From: Rhodothermaceae bacterium
Lineage (GTDB): Bacteria; Bacteroidota; Rhodothermia; Rhodothermales; Bin80
DNA length: 64,000 nucleotides
Assembly (NCBI GenBank): GCA_009838195.1
Contig: VXSC01000027.1
Coordinates: 64,506 to 128,505, forward strand
Reading direction: 5' to 3'
Part shown: positions 38,933 to 49,255 of the stretch, piece after piece
How the letters are laid out: each line of letters opens with the position of its first letter
How positions within the stretch are numbered: position 1 is the stretch's first letter
Position numbers and translations under genes: made by a program
Notes under the pieces: model-generated
What the model saw: only the letters and a program-made list of their open reading frames with translations
The model's database searches: none
What the model was told of the DNA's origin: nothing

Positions 38933-39364
38933 ATGAGCAAACTTGAGTTGGGAGCATTTTCCATGAGTCTGGCAGTCCGCGACCTTTACGTATCTAGTGA
39001 ATTCTACCAGAAACTGGGTTTTGAGGTAACACACGAGGGGCAAGGTTACTTAATCATGGTGAATGGCACCACGGTGATCGGGCTTTTTCAGGGGATGTTC
39101 GAGGGGAATATTCTCACCTTTAACCCTGGTTTGTGTGCGAAAAACGACTCTGAGGGAGCATTGCTGGAAGCATGGCGCGTAGATGAGTTTACAGATATCC
39201 GGGCGATTCAAAAGCATCTCAAATCTCTTGATCTGGAGCTTGTATCGGAAGTGGATGAGAAGAAAAATTCGAACGGGCCCGGAAGTTTAATGCTTCAAGA
39301 CCCCGACGGAAATGTCATTTTGGTAGATCAATTTTTTGACCGCCCCGACACGTCGGTTCAATAG
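38933..39364 (+). CDS. VOC (glyoxalase/bleomycin-resistance) family protein
   Basis: 143 aa. VRDLYVSSEFYQKLGFEV N-terminal beta-alpha-beta-beta-beta pattern and LQDPDGNVILV C-terminal pattern. Confidence 0.6.
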   Translation: MSKLELGAFSMSLAVRDLYVSSEFYQKLGFEVTHEGQGYLIMVNGTTVIGLFQGMFEGNILTFNPGLCAKNDSEGALLEAWRVDEFTDIRAIQKHLKSLDLELVSEVDEKKNSNGPGSLMLQDPDGNVILVDQFFDRPDTSVQ

Positions 39365-39379
39365 GAGGTTGGTTGCTTC

Positions 39380-39432
39380 GTACGATTTGAACAAGATTCA
39401 TCCGTTCCCCAGGAATATTGTACCAATTGAAC
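39380..39432. promoter_or_regulatory. two copies of a 13-bp motif GTAC(G/C)A(T/A)TTGAAC spaced 40 bp apart, upstream of lexA
   Basis: gtacgatttgaac at 39380..39392 and gtaccaattgaac at 39420..39432 (11/13 identical). The second ends 55 nt before the lexA ATG. Confidence 0.3.
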
Positions 39433-39486
39433 CTATATGTGAGATGTAAGTAGTATATTTATTCCATATAAAAAATCACGGAAAAT

Positions 39487-40158
39487 ATGCCACGACCCTT
39501 GACCGAAAAACAGCAGGCTGTACTGGACTTCATCATAAAATATGATCAAGAGGATATGGGATGGCCCAGTTACGAGAGTTTTATGGATGAGTTTGGTTAC
39601 AAATCCTCTAACAGTATCACACAGAATCTGAAGGCTCTCCAGAAGAAAGGTTACTTAATTAATGAAGAAGGCGGTTACCAGCTAAAGCCCGAACAAAAAG
39701 ATGCTCGACGCGGGATTCCGATCCTCGGTGAGATCACCGCGGGAACGCTTCAGGAAGCCGTGGAAACGAATCTGGGTTATATCACGATAGAAACTCTTTT
39801 TCCCAATCTTGACCGTATTTTTGCGGTACGTGTTCGAGGTGAATCCATGATTGGAGCTGAAATCCATGACGGTGATTATGTACTCCTAGTGGATGATGAT
39901 ATTCCAGATGGTGGTATTGGTGCAGTCCTCTATAATGGTGAAACTTCTCTCAAGAGGATTTTCATGGATCATCAGGGGCTTCGCCTTGAGCCGGCCAATT
40001 CCGAATTCGATGATATTCACATCGCGCCCGACATCTTTGAGGAGGTAAAAATTCTGGGACGGTATATTGGACATGTGAATAAAATGGGAGTTCGGAAAGC
40101 ACCGGAGATGTACCAAGTCTCAACACGGCATTACTCCCCATTCGGGAACGAGGCTTAG
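39487..40158 (+). CDS. lexA: LexA-type S24 peptidase repressor
   Basis: N-terminal winged HTH LTEKQQAVLDFI...SNSITQNLKALQKKGYL. Candidate cleavage site ITAG-T. S24 catalytic VRGESM and SLKR. Confidence 0.8.
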   Translation: MPRPLTEKQQAVLDFIIKYDQEDMGWPSYESFMDEFGYKSSNSITQNLKALQKKGYLINEEGGYQLKPEQKDARRGIPILGEITAGTLQEAVETNLGYITIETLFPNLDRIFAVRVRGESMIGAEIHDGDYVLLVDDDIPDGGIGAVLYNGETSLKRIFMDHQGLRLEPANSEFDDIHIAPDIFEEVKILGRYIGHVNKMGVRKAPEMYQVSTRHYSPFGNEA

Positions 40159-40160
40159 AC

Positions 40161-40565
40161 CTATTCTGGTGTGGTAACCACGCTTTCCTTCAACTTCCTG
40201 AGGTACTGTGCCCACCAGTAGCTGGAGTGTCGGAAGTGGTGGTTACGGACCCTCCATCCGGTATGCTCCATACGCAACAACAGTTTGCCGTCGGAGTGAA
40301 CTAAGCTGAAGCTCAACCTTGTACCTGTCCAGTCACGGTCTGCCTGTGTGAAGATCCAGGTAATCTGTTTGGACTCGGTGAGTTCGATGACTTGTGCTGA
40401 CCAGTGATAATCTGGGTCAAAGTAGAATTCATATGTCCCTCCAATCCGGCGATCTGCTTTGCACCGATCGGTCCACCAGCTATTCAGTCCAGTTTCGGTA
40501 CTGAAGGCTGCAAAAACTTTCGCCGGTGCAATATCCAACACAACATCGTGGTAGATTCCAAACAT
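40161..40565 (-). CDS. SRPBCC / AHSA1-like domain protein
   Basis: 134 aa. VFAAFSTETGLNSWW pattern typical of Activator-of-Hsp90-ATPase-homolog-like START-fold proteins. Confidence 0.65.
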   Translation of the reverse strand: MFGIYHDVVLDIAPAKVFAAFSTETGLNSWWTDRCKADRRIGGTYEFYFDPDYHWSAQVIELTESKQITWIFTQADRDWTGTRLSFSLVHSDGKLLLRMEHTGWRVRNHHFRHSSYWWAQYLRKLKESVVTTPE

Positions 40566-40692
40566 AGCCCTGTATAATGCCCGTGTGCTAGTGCTGGGTG
40601 GACCGCTCAGACGATCTCAAGTTGTGCTCCCTCCTTTCGGTATCGGTCATGCAAGTTTGATTGAGCGTTTCCAGAGGGAATTTCTAACTGCG

Positions 40693-41478
40693 CTATTCTT
40701 CTGAGGGTTGGGGAGCCCAAGTGCCAAACGCAAGCGGCAAACCAGTAGGATCAAGAGTATACAGTAAACGGCCAACATTCGGCAGGTCAAAGGCAGGTGC
40801 AAGAACAGTTCCTCCTAATTCAGCGACTTGCGACTGTACAGCATCTACATTATCGACCGTAACAATGCAACTCCAGTGTGGCGGAACATTAGGGTCCATG
40901 ACTTCCATTATTCCACCGATTTCAGTTCCATTCGCAGAAATGATATAGTAAGTGGAGGGTAGTTCTATCTTTTTAATGGACCAGCCAAACAGTTTGCTGT
41001 ACCAATCGGCAGCCGCTTTTGGTTCATTGGTGTGAAGTTCGAACCATGAAAATGCACCATGTGTGGTCAATGCTTCCTGATTACTCACAATGGCCTCTTT
41101 GTCAGGCTCCCCAGCTTCATTGTATTGGATGACGGATAGGTATGCCCCATATGGATCCAGAAGTCCTGCAAAGGAGCCAATCATAGGGACTTCCTGTAAA
41201 GGAACGATCAGGTTCAATTCATTCTCTTCAAGAAGTTTCTGAATATCATGAACTGTGACGTAGTACGTCCAACAGGGTGGGGCATCGGGAGGACAAGCCA
41301 TTAATCCGGCGACACGCTTTGAGTGGCTGTGAAGCAGTGTATATGTGCCATCGGGCATTGGCATCTCGCTGGTGGTTAACCCCAGAAGCTGTGTATAGTA
41401 GTTTAATGCCGAGGGTATGTCAGTAGCTAAGAGTTCCTGCCAGCTGAAGGCGCCGTGTGTTTTGAATGGGTTCATCAA
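40693..41478 (-). CDS. two-domain VOC (glyoxalase-like) family protein
   Basis: Internal duplication: HGAFSWQELLATD...YYTQLLG and HGAFSWFELHTNE...WYSKLFGW, each followed by a DP(Y/T)G motif. Confidence 0.7.
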   Translation of the reverse strand: MMNPFKTHGAFSWQELLATDIPSALNYYTQLLGLTTSEMPMPDGTYTLLHSHSKRVAGLMACPPDAPPCWTYYVTVHDIQKLLEENELNLIVPLQEVPMIGSFAGLLDPYGAYLSVIQYNEAGEPDKEAIVSNQEALTTHGAFSWFELHTNEPKAAADWYSKLFGWSIKKIELPSTYYIISANGTEIGGIMEVMDPNVPPHWSCIVTVDNVDAVQSQVAELGGTVLAPAFDLPNVGRLLYTLDPTGLPLAFGTWAPQPSEE

Positions 41479-41491
41479 GAAAATTATTTAG

Positions 41492-42169
41492 TTACCAGGG
41501 AAGGTCAAGTGTATGTGTCAGATGCTCCATGTACTTCGCGCCATGACTGTAGGTTTGTGCAAGTTTAACCGGAAAGTCCGGTGTACACACAAACTTTTCA
41601 GACAGGGGACATGAAGCTACGAAGTGTTTGCATTTCAAGTCCTCAATGAGAGGATGATTTGGGTCAAACCCCTTCGGGGCTCGTTTTAGCTTCTGGTGCT
41701 CGTATCCTTCGGAGAATACGCTCAAAAAGTCTGGATCTTGGGTGATTCCGGTCCATGTATCCGGGTGTCGGGCAATCTCTTGCCGGATCCTGAGTAATTC
41801 TTTACTGCCGGGTCCCCAGATGCCAATTGCGGCGAACACTTCGTCAGGAGCCAAGTGAAGATAGAATCCCGGTGCATGCACATCTTTTCCCGCTGCATGC
41901 CGAAAGTGCACGCCGGCGGCTTCCTTATAAGGTCGTTTATCTTTTGAGAAGCGGATATCTCGGTAGATACGAAAGAGGGAACCGCCAACCTTCGGAATGG
42001 CCGTAAAGTGGGGACTGATTGTTTGAAGCGGTCCAGCAAATTCTGTGATGAATCTCAGTAGCGGAGCTTTTACATCCTGTTCATAGCGGGCGCGGTTCTC
42101 GTTGAACCAGTCCCGATTATTGTTGGCACGGAGTTCACGAAAGAAATCAAATAGCGCAGGGGTAATCAT
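41492..42169 (-). CDS. DUF2461 (TIGR02453) family protein
   Basis: FDFFRELRANNNRDWFNENRARYE, RIYRDIRFSKDKRPYK, PGFYLHL. Confidence 0.8.
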   Translation of the reverse strand: MITPALFDFFRELRANNNRDWFNENRARYEQDVKAPLLRFITEFAGPLQTISPHFTAIPKVGGSLFRIYRDIRFSKDKRPYKEAAGVHFRHAAGKDVHAPGFYLHLAPDEVFAAIGIWGPGSKELLRIRQEIARHPDTWTGITQDPDFLSVFSEGYEHQKLKRAPKGFDPNHPLIEDLKCKHFVASCPLSEKFVCTPDFPVKLAQTYSHGAKYMEHLTHTLDLPW

Positions 42170-42382
42170 ATCAGTAGGGGCTTCTTACAATGGGTTTGCG
42201 TGTGGATTAAAAGCGGTAAAACTTCGTTTCTGATTTCAGTCTGATGCTTAACAAAACTGGCAATGAAGGCTTTCGATAAAACACGAATCGTGGTCAAGAT
42301 GGAACCACGCGAGGCGAATATAAGCAATGAACGGGAATACGTGGATGCAGAAAGGTTAGTGAATTATATGGCTAACACTGTT

Positions 42383-42829
42383 CTACATATGTTGTTCCAC
42401 ATATTTTTTAAGATTTTTGAGGGTTTCCACCCATCCTATAGTACAGGCCTCAAAGTAAGCATCAGCTTCAGCGCCCTCTGGGATGCCCGTGTGTGTAAGT
42501 TGCAGATGTGCTTCTGAGTTGCGCGCGGTAATTTCATAGGTGATAGACATCAGGCCTTCAAAGTCGGCTGGATCAGATTTTGCATAATACCGGAAGTCCT
42601 CAATCACACTCTTATATGGTGGATCATAGACTCGGTAGATCCCCGAAGAGACGTATTCGGGATCATCTTCATCCTCCCCCCAGGCGGCAGCATACATGCC
42701 ATTTGTGCGAGGGATAATGATTACCCGATTTGCATTCCACCAACTGCGTAGTGCGCTCGGAGTGTGCAGCGCATCAAACAGCTCCTGTGGTGTGCAGGCG
42801 AAATTCTCTGAAAAAGAAAGTGTACGCAT
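42383..42829 (-). CDS. SRPBCC / AHSA1-like domain protein
   Basis: 148 aa. [16 protein letters not shown] pattern; second member of the family in this block. Confidence 0.65.
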   Translation of the reverse strand: MRTLSFSENFACTPQELFDALHTPSALRSWWNANRVIIIPRTNGMYAAAWGEDEDDPEYVSSGIYRVYDPPYKSVIEDFRYYAKSDPADFEGLMSITYEITARNSEAHLQLTHTGIPEGAEADAYFEACTIGWVETLKNLKKYVEQHM

Positions 42830-42877
42830 CTATTCGTTGGTCTGAAACAGTGCAGAACAAAAAAAACACCTGTTAGG

Positions 42878-45214
42878 TTGCATCATACACTCATGGATAC
42901 GGCCACCTCTCCACTTACAATCCCTGTAACGGGCATGCACTGTGCTTCGTGCGCTGCTGGGCTGGAGCGCCAATTCAGACAACGCCCCGATACGACTCAG
43001 GTGCATGTGAACATTGCTACGCATGAAGCACACGTTGAGGGGCTGTCTCCACAAGCCGCCGTGGCCGTGATTCAAGAAGCAGGATATGATGTCGCTCAAT
43101 CCAAGTTGGTTCTTCACGCAAAGGAGGAAGGTTCTGGTTTAAGTCAGCAGAGTATTGATGAACGCTGCAGCAGGCTCGGACCGCTGGTACAGGGAGAGTT
43201 ATCGGGCGAAACATTGACCCTATCGTGGATTCCAGGTCTCGTGAAAGCAGAAGATCTGTTGGCTGCATTTCCTGAGTATGCACATACACCGGGCGGCAAA
43301 TCGAAAACGTCTGCTTTCAATCAGATCCGCTTAGTGATTGCCGTACCGGGTGCCGTGAGCCTGATGGCCTTGACCATGCTTGAGGCAGCATCCCACATGG
43401 TATTGATGGCGATTGCGACCCCCATCGTGTTTTACTGTGGAAGTGAATTCTTCAAGCGAGCATGGATTGCATTAAAGCGAGGCGCCGCAAACATGTATAC
43501 GCTCATTGCAATTGGGGTAGCAACGGCATGGATCTACAGTACAGTTATCACTCTTTTCCCGGCGTTATTTGATGCAGCCCCGCCTATTTACTTTGAAGCC
43601 TCGGCAGTCATTGTAGCTCTGGTTCTCGTTGGCCAGTTTCTGGAGTCACGTGCAATGGCACAAACCGGATCTGCGATTGAGGCACTTCTGCGGCTACAGG
43701 TGCCAGTTGCCCGTGTACAGCGGGGCGCACATTGGGTGGATTTACCTGTTGAGGCAGTGAAGCCAGGTGATCTTGTGATCGTTCGGCTTGGAGATCAAGT
43801 TCCCGTTGATGGGGAGGTGGTACAGGGATTTGGTGTGGTAGATGAGAGTATGTTGACAGGAGAACCTTTGCCGGTTTCCAAATCAGAAGGCGATATTGTG
43901 GTGGCAGGTACCCTGAATGTAGATGGATCTCTGACAGTGCGTGTTACGCAAACTGGTCAAGACACTGTGTTGCAACAAATTGTCCGCCTTACCAAGGAAG
44001 CCCAGGGACGCAAAGCACCAATCCAGAAATTGGCAGACCGAGTGTCGGGAGTTTTTGTGCCGGTCGTCTTGGTGATTGCAGCGGTAACGTTTGCAGCGTG
44101 GTTGATCGCGGGGTGGGGCTTAGAACATGCACTCACCACATTCGTCTCCGTACTCATTATTGCCTGTCCGTGTGCTCTAGGGTTGGCGACTCCTGCTGCT
44201 GTAGTTACTGCCACCGGAGCCGGGGCCCGGAGGGGAGTCCTGTTCAAGGGGGGAGATGCTTTAGAACGAATTAGTCGGATTACACATATTGTTCTGGATA
44301 AAACAGGGACGCTCACCACGGGAAAACCAGCGGTTCAGTCTGTTGAAGCGTCCCCAAAGCATTCCGTTCCGGAAATTTTGCAGATGGCCGCCTCGCTGGA
44401 GGTACACTCGCAGCACCCTTTGGCAGAGGCTATTGTTGCGAAAGCCAGAGAGGATGGAGTTGAATATGGTTTGGCAGAAGCGGTTGAATCGATTCCTGGA
44501 CATGGCATTTCGGGGGTTGTGCAGGGTCGTGAAATATGTGTTGGCAGCGATGTATTCTTGGTTCAGAGAGGGATCAGTCTGCCCTCAATTGCCTCAACAG
44601 AGGCAAGAATTCATGTGGCGGTTGACGGACAATGGGCAGCGCAGTTTTCGATCACAGATGCACTGCGGAGTACGTCCAAGGATGCAGTTACACAGTTGCG
44701 TCATCAGGGTTTAACCGCCATTATGCTGACGGGAGATACAGAAAAAAATGCAATGGCCGCAGCAGAGCAGGTTGGGATCGATCATATACAAGCCGGTGTA
44801 ACACCGGAAGGCAAGCTTGAATTTATCTCGTCCCTGCGAGGGCCTAATACGGTAGTGGCAATGGTTGGTGATGGGATCAATGATGCTCCTGCACTTGCCG
44901 AGGCAGACGTTGGAATCGCCATTGGATCTGGTACACAAGTTGCCGTTGAGACGGCAGATGTCACGCTTCTGCGCGAAGATCTGGGATCTGCTGCAGATGC
45001 GATCAATGTAGGTCAGAGGGCCATGAGTACGATTCGTCAGAACCTGTTTTTCGCATTTATTTATAACACACTGAGTATTCCTGTAGCTGCCGGTGCGCTA
45101 TATGGAATGTTCGGAGTACTTCTCAATCCTATGTTGGCATCGCTGGCAATGACTCTATCCAGTCTGTCGGTGGTTCTCAACAGTTTACGATTGCGCAACA
45201 AACTTAAACCTTAA
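42878..45214 (+). CDS. copA: copper-translocating P1B-type ATPase
   Basis: HMA motif [12 protein letters not shown], the TM6 motif CPC ([13 protein letters not shown]), [23 protein letters not shown]. Confidence 0.9.
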   Translation: MHHTLMDTATSPLTIPVTGMHCASCAAGLERQFRQRPDTTQVHVNIATHEAHVEGLSPQAAVAVIQEAGYDVAQSKLVLHAKEEGSGLSQQSIDERCSRLGPLVQGELSGETLTLSWIPGLVKAEDLLAAFPEYAHTPGGKSKTSAFNQIRLVIAVPGAVSLMALTMLEAASHMVLMAIATPIVFYCGSEFFKRAWIALKRGAANMYTLIAIGVATAWIYSTVITLFPALFDAAPPIYFEASAVIVALVLVGQFLESRAMAQTGSAIEALLRLQVPVARVQRGAHWVDLPVEAVKPGDLVIVRLGDQVPVDGEVVQGFGVVDESMLTGEPLPVSKSEGDIVVAGTLNVDGSLTVRVTQTGQDTVLQQIVRLTKEAQGRKAPIQKLADRVSGVFVPVVLVIAAVTFAAWLIAGWGLEHALTTFVSVLIIACPCALGLATPAAVVTATGAGARRGVLFKGGDALERISRITHIVLDKTGTLTTGKPAVQSVEASPKHSVPEILQMAASLEVHSQHPLAEAIVAKAREDGVEYGLAEAVESIPGHGISGVVQGREICVGSDVFLVQRGISLPSIASTEARIHVAVDGQWAAQFSITDALRSTSKDAVTQLRHQGLTAIMLTGDTEKNAMAAAEQVGIDHIQAGVTPEGKLEFISSLRGPNTVVAMVGDGINDAPALAEADVGIAIGSGTQVAVETADVTLLREDLGSAADAINVGQRAMSTIRQNLFFAFIYNTLSIPVAAGALYGMFGVLLNPMLASLAMTLSSLSVVLNSLRLRNKLKP

Positions 45215-45226
45215 CCCCGAGAGTCA

Positions 45227-46288
45227 ATGCTTCCTGAATGGATGCCCAATCTGCACCCCATGGTGGTGCATTTTCCCATTGCGCTGATCATCGTAGCTTT
45301 TGCTGTGGATGTAGTTGCCTTGTTTTTCCGCAAGATTTCAATACTGCCGCGAATGTCCACGATCCTTTATGTCCTCGGGGCTCTGGGGGCTATAGGTAGC
45401 GTCGTTTCAGGCGAGGCTGCGGTAGAAACGGTGGCAGTAGCAGGGCAGGCGAGTTCAATACTGGCCAATCATGAAGATGTAGGCGAAATTGTGATGTATT
45501 ATTTCCTGATCTACGCGGTGCTCAGACTTGCACTGTGGTGGTTTTCGTTCCGACTGGTGTTCTGGATTCCACTTACAGTTATCGGTGCGATCGGGCTGAT
45601 CCCACTCTATCAGGCATCATCGTTCGGGGGGCGTTTGGTATACGAGCAGGGGGTGGGAGTCGCGATGGTAGATTCGATGGCGATAGAGTTGGAGGAAAAG
45701 GAGAGGGAACTCTTGAGAATGGGGATGGCAGAAGAGTTTTCGGGGCTCGGGGAAGATGGCGCATGGCATTGGCGGGCAGGAGAGAATGCTGTGAACACGT
45801 TCAATGCGGCATTTGAGACGGTGACGGGGCAAGTCGTCACCGATACGGTCCAAGATTCAGAAGGTAATTACTGGTTGGCATTGTCTATCGTGGAATCTCC
45901 AGCAATGATCACGTACGGGATTCCCGTCACAAACGTTGAATTACTGGCGGAGATGGATCTATCTGATTTTGATGGCTCCACACGCTTGCTTCATCATGTA
46001 ACGGATAGTCTCTCGTACCACTTCATGGAGGTGGAAGATGGGATGATCCGTCTTGGAGTTTCGGTGGATGGAGAAATGGAGATAGAGGAAGAATCGAGTC
46101 TATCCCAATCCCTGGAGGTTGGTGTATTCAGGGTGGTTGGAGATCAGACACACTTCCGGGGATATTTTGATGGAGACCTTGCGGTACATGGGCATGGCTC
46201 CGCCCCAGGAGCAGGAGTAACGGGATTTGCCATTGTCGGGTCGGGTACGATTAAGCTCGCCAGGATGCAGATGACCGTGCTTCAGTAG
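45227..46288 (+). CDS. DUF2231-type membrane domain fused to a beta-rich C-terminal domain of unknown function
   Basis: N-terminus NLHPMVVHFPIALIIVAFAVDV plus four TM segments. The C-terminal ~190 aa is soluble, with HGHGSAPG near the end. Starts 12 nt after the copA stop. Confidence 0.6.
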   Translation: MLPEWMPNLHPMVVHFPIALIIVAFAVDVVALFFRKISILPRMSTILYVLGALGAIGSVVSGEAAVETVAVAGQASSILANHEDVGEIVMYYFLIYAVLRLALWWFSFRLVFWIPLTVIGAIGLIPLYQASSFGGRLVYEQGVGVAMVDSMAIELEEKERELLRMGMAEEFSGLGEDGAWHWRAGENAVNTFNAAFETVTGQVVTDTVQDSEGNYWLALSIVESPAMITYGIPVTNVELLAEMDLSDFDGSTRLLHHVTDSLSYHFMEVEDGMIRLGVSVDGEMEIEEESSLSQSLEVGVFRVVGDQTHFRGYFDGDLAVHGHGSAPGAGVTGFAIVGSGTIKLARMQMTVLQ

Positions 46289-46443
46289 CTGGAATGCTAC
46301 TGAGTGCTATAGCGGATCTCCTTGGAGGGAGTGTATAAATGGCTTTCAAACGGGCCTCCTGCAAAATCTTTGGATTGAGGATTTTAAGGTTTGGGACATT
46401 TAATCCATACGGGTCAGTGATTCAAGTCACCGTCCCAGACGCT

Positions 46444-47415
46444 TCATTCCTTGATCGTATCTGGTTCGGTCAGCCAGCCAGCACACTCGTTCATGACATA
46501 ATGCGGGCGGCCTTTGACCTCGTCAAAGATTCGTCCCAGATATTCGCCGAGAATTCCCAGGACCATAAGTTGGACCCCACCCAGGAATAGGATCAACACG
46601 ACTGTCGAAGTCCATCCCTCGGGCAGATCCTTCCCGCTTATAAATACGCTCAGAGCATAAACGAGATAGCAAAAGCCAAGGAAAGCCGCTCCAGCACCTA
46701 GCCACGCTGATAATCGCAGAGGGGCCGACGAGAATGAAAGCAACCCGTCCAAGGCAAGCCGTGACAGTCGTTTCATGTTGTAGCTGGGTTTGCCTGCATG
46801 TCGGGCCGGGCGTGCATACTTGACCCCTACTTGATGAAACCCAACCCACCCACGCAGGCCCCGAACAAATCGGTTGTGCTCAGGCAGCGAGTTGATCACA
46901 TCCACCACTTTTCGGTCCATGAGGGCAAAATCTCCCGCGTCCCGGGGGATTCTAATATTTGCTGTTTTGCTCAGAAAGTGGTAGAAACTACTGTAGCAGA
47001 CTCGCAGAAACCAAGGTTCTTTACGATTTGTCCGTATCCCATAGACAACATCGTAACCATCGCGCCATTTGGCGATAAACTGATTGAGGAGCTCTGGAGG
47101 ATCCTGAAGGTCGGCATCTAGGACGGCGACGAGGTCTCCATGAGCATGCTTCAACCCGGCACTTACAGCGACCTGATGTCCAAAATTTCTGGAGAAGCTC
47201 AGGTAAGCCATTTGATGATCGGATTCGGATTGGCAGGCCGCTTGCAAAAGCTGAAGCGTACCATCGGTACTCCCATCATCAACGAACAGGAATCGTGTCG
47301 GAATCCCCAAATCCAATGCGCTGAGTGTACGAAGTAAATCTGGTAGAACCTCTTCCTCATTGTAGCAGGGAAAAACGAGGCAAATTCCTGGGCTAGAAGT
47401 GTGTCGATCGGTCAT
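46444..47415 (-). CDS. family 2 glycosyltransferase (polyprenyl-phosphate sugar transferase type, ArnC/DPM1-like)
   Basis: LVFPCYNEEE, FVDDGSTDGT, LDADLQDPPE, and two C-terminal TM helices. Confidence 0.85.
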   Translation of the reverse strand: MTDRHTSSPGICLVFPCYNEEEVLPDLLRTLSALDLGIPTRFLFVDDGSTDGTLQLLQAACQSESDHQMAYLSFSRNFGHQVAVSAGLKHAHGDLVAVLDADLQDPPELLNQFIAKWRDGYDVVYGIRTNRKEPWFLRVCYSSFYHFLSKTANIRIPRDAGDFALMDRKVVDVINSLPEHNRFVRGLRGWVGFHQVGVKYARPARHAGKPSYNMKRLSRLALDGLLSFSSAPLRLSAWLGAGAAFLGFCYLVYALSVFISGKDLPEGWTSTVVLILFLGGVQLMVLGILGEYLGRIFDEVKGRPHYVMNECAGWLTEPDTIKE

Positions 47416-48182
47416 GAATCTTCAAACGGGTCTCCATATGCTCCAAGGCCGAAGAGTGCATAGTCATAGCGTGCCGGATCGTTCCTGTTGAGTTTCCGAC
47501 AAGCATCAGTCAGTTCAATGACGGCCTTCCAGTCATTCATTTTGCGGTTGAGTAATCCTAAGATACGTGCCTGGCGTCCAGAGTGAATATCCAGGGGTAA
47601 TACAAGCTGACGGGGTTTCATAGAATTCCAGAGTCCTAAATCTACAGGTCCAGAGCGAACCATCCAGCGTAGATATAATGAAAGTCGTTTGCAGGCACTT
47701 CCACGACTGGGACGTGCGAGGTGTTTCTGCAGTCTTATCGGGGTATCGGGTTGGGCAGTCATCATGCGCATACTAAATCGCTCTATGGACGGATGTGCGT
47801 CGGTCTCCTCAGGCTGACACCCAAAGATATTCTCAACGGATCCAAACTGGCGGATCAAGAGACTCAGGTTGTGCGTGAAGGCAAGGCAGTCTTCTGGTTG
47901 AAAGGTACGATGCACAAAAGTACGAAGTACATCATGGTCTCGAACTGGATCGAACTGAGTAACGAACCTCCAGGGCCTGAATTGCATACGGGTGCATAGT
48001 TCTTCGAGCTTTGAAAGAATGACCGCACGCGATCCCCACGCCAATGTTGCAGCGTAGAGCCCAATAATCTCCTGATCGGTTCGATCCGTGAAGGCGTGGC
48101 ATAGGCTGATCGGATCGTCAGGGATAAAGGAGGGAGACTCAAAGTGAGTCACCAGTCGATCAAGGTAGGAGGGGTTTGGCAC
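47412..48182 (-). CDS. TIGR02757 (DUF2400) family protein
   Basis: FIPDDPISLCHAF...DQEIIGLYAATLAWGSR pattern recalled from the family. ATGA overlap with the downstream GT2 gene. Confidence 0.6.
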   Translation of the reverse strand: MPNPSYLDRLVTHFESPSFIPDDPISLCHAFTDRTDQEIIGLYAATLAWGSRAVILSKLEELCTRMQFRPWRFVTQFDPVRDHDVLRTFVHRTFQPEDCLAFTHNLSLLIRQFGSVENIFGCQPEETDAHPSIERFSMRMMTAQPDTPIRLQKHLARPSRGSACKRLSLYLRWMVRSGPVDLGLWNSMKPRQLVLPLDIHSGRQARILGLLNRKMNDWKAVIELTDACRKLNRNDPARYDYALFGLGAYGDPFEDS

Positions 48183-48241
48183 ACAAAATCAAGACTATGT
48201 TTCCCGGAGAGAACTGGGCAGGGGTCTAAGGATTGAAACGA

Positions 48242-49255
48242 CTAAGCGCTAATCGGGATCTTGGCACCCCCTGATTCAAGCGATTTTTGTGCGGCGTCAA
48301 GCAAACGAACAACCGCCAAACCATTGCGAGCATCGGTACGTGGTGTCTTGCCCGTACGAATACAATCAACAAAATGGGCACACTCCATACGCAGCGGTTC
48401 CGACATTCGGATATTGGGAATATGAATATCGCCAACACGCGTAGTCATGGATTCGGCAAATCCTACATACCCTGGCGGGTTGACACCTTTATCATAAATA
48501 CGCACTTTCTCTGCGCTGGTCATTTCATCAATAACGACCATCTTTTTGCTACCCACCAAAGTGATCTTACGGATTTTGTGGGGATCCAGCCAGCTTGTAT
48601 GGAGATGCGCGAGTGCACCATCCTCAAAAAAAATCGTTGAGAATGCAACATCGCAGATATCAGGTTGCAAGTAAGCCTGAGCATGTACGGCGACCGCGAC
48701 GGGTTCCCGCTGCAGAAAGGCTAGGGCGACAGACAGGTCGTGTGGAGCGAGGCTCTGTAGTGCATTTTCACGCTGACGTACAATGCCAAGGTTGACGCGT
48801 ACGCTGTACATGTAGTATATATCACCGAGTGCACCGCTTTGAATCAGGTTTTCCACATAATTGAACGCCGGATGGTAGAGAAGCAGATGGCCCACCATGC
48901 AGTGACAGCCCGTCTCCTCAGATAGCGAGACCAGAATTTCCGCTTCCTTCGCACGTTCAGCCATGGGTTTTTCGACGAATACATGGCGGCCGCTCTCAAG
49001 AGCGGTGCGTGCAAGAGAGAAATGAGAGGATGTTTCCGTAGCAATAACAATCCCATCAAGGTCGTCACGGGATAGAATGTCCTGTGCATCCTTCGTGACA
49101 GAAATCATCGGATATCGGTCCTCAACAAACTGCCTCGCCCCAGGATCTGCATCACAGACGGCGACGACACGGCATGCCGGGATTGCGTCAAAATTTCTCA
49201 ATAGGTTTTTGCCCCAGTACCCTACGCCGATCTGGGCTAGTCGAACTTTATGCAT
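48242..49255 (-). CDS. Gfo/Idh/MocA family sugar-nucleotide oxidoreductase (WbpB/GnnA-like)
   Basis: RLAQIGVGYWGKNLLRNF Rossmann N-terminus and HVFVEKPMA. Sits in an operon with the DegT aminotransferase. Confidence 0.8.
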   Translation of the reverse strand: MHKVRLAQIGVGYWGKNLLRNFDAIPACRVVAVCDADPGARQFVEDRYPMISVTKDAQDILSRDDLDGIVIATETSSHFSLARTALESGRHVFVEKPMAERAKEAEILVSLSEETGCHCMVGHLLLYHPAFNYVENLIQSGALGDIYYMYSVRVNLGIVRQRENALQSLAPHDLSVALAFLQREPVAVAVHAQAYLQPDICDVAFSTIFFEDGALAHLHTSWLDPHKIRKITLVGSKKMVVIDEMTSAEKVRIYDKGVNPPGYVGFAESMTTRVGDIHIPNIRMSEPLRMECAHFVDCIRTGKTPRTDARNGLAVVRLLDAAQKSLESGGAKIPISA

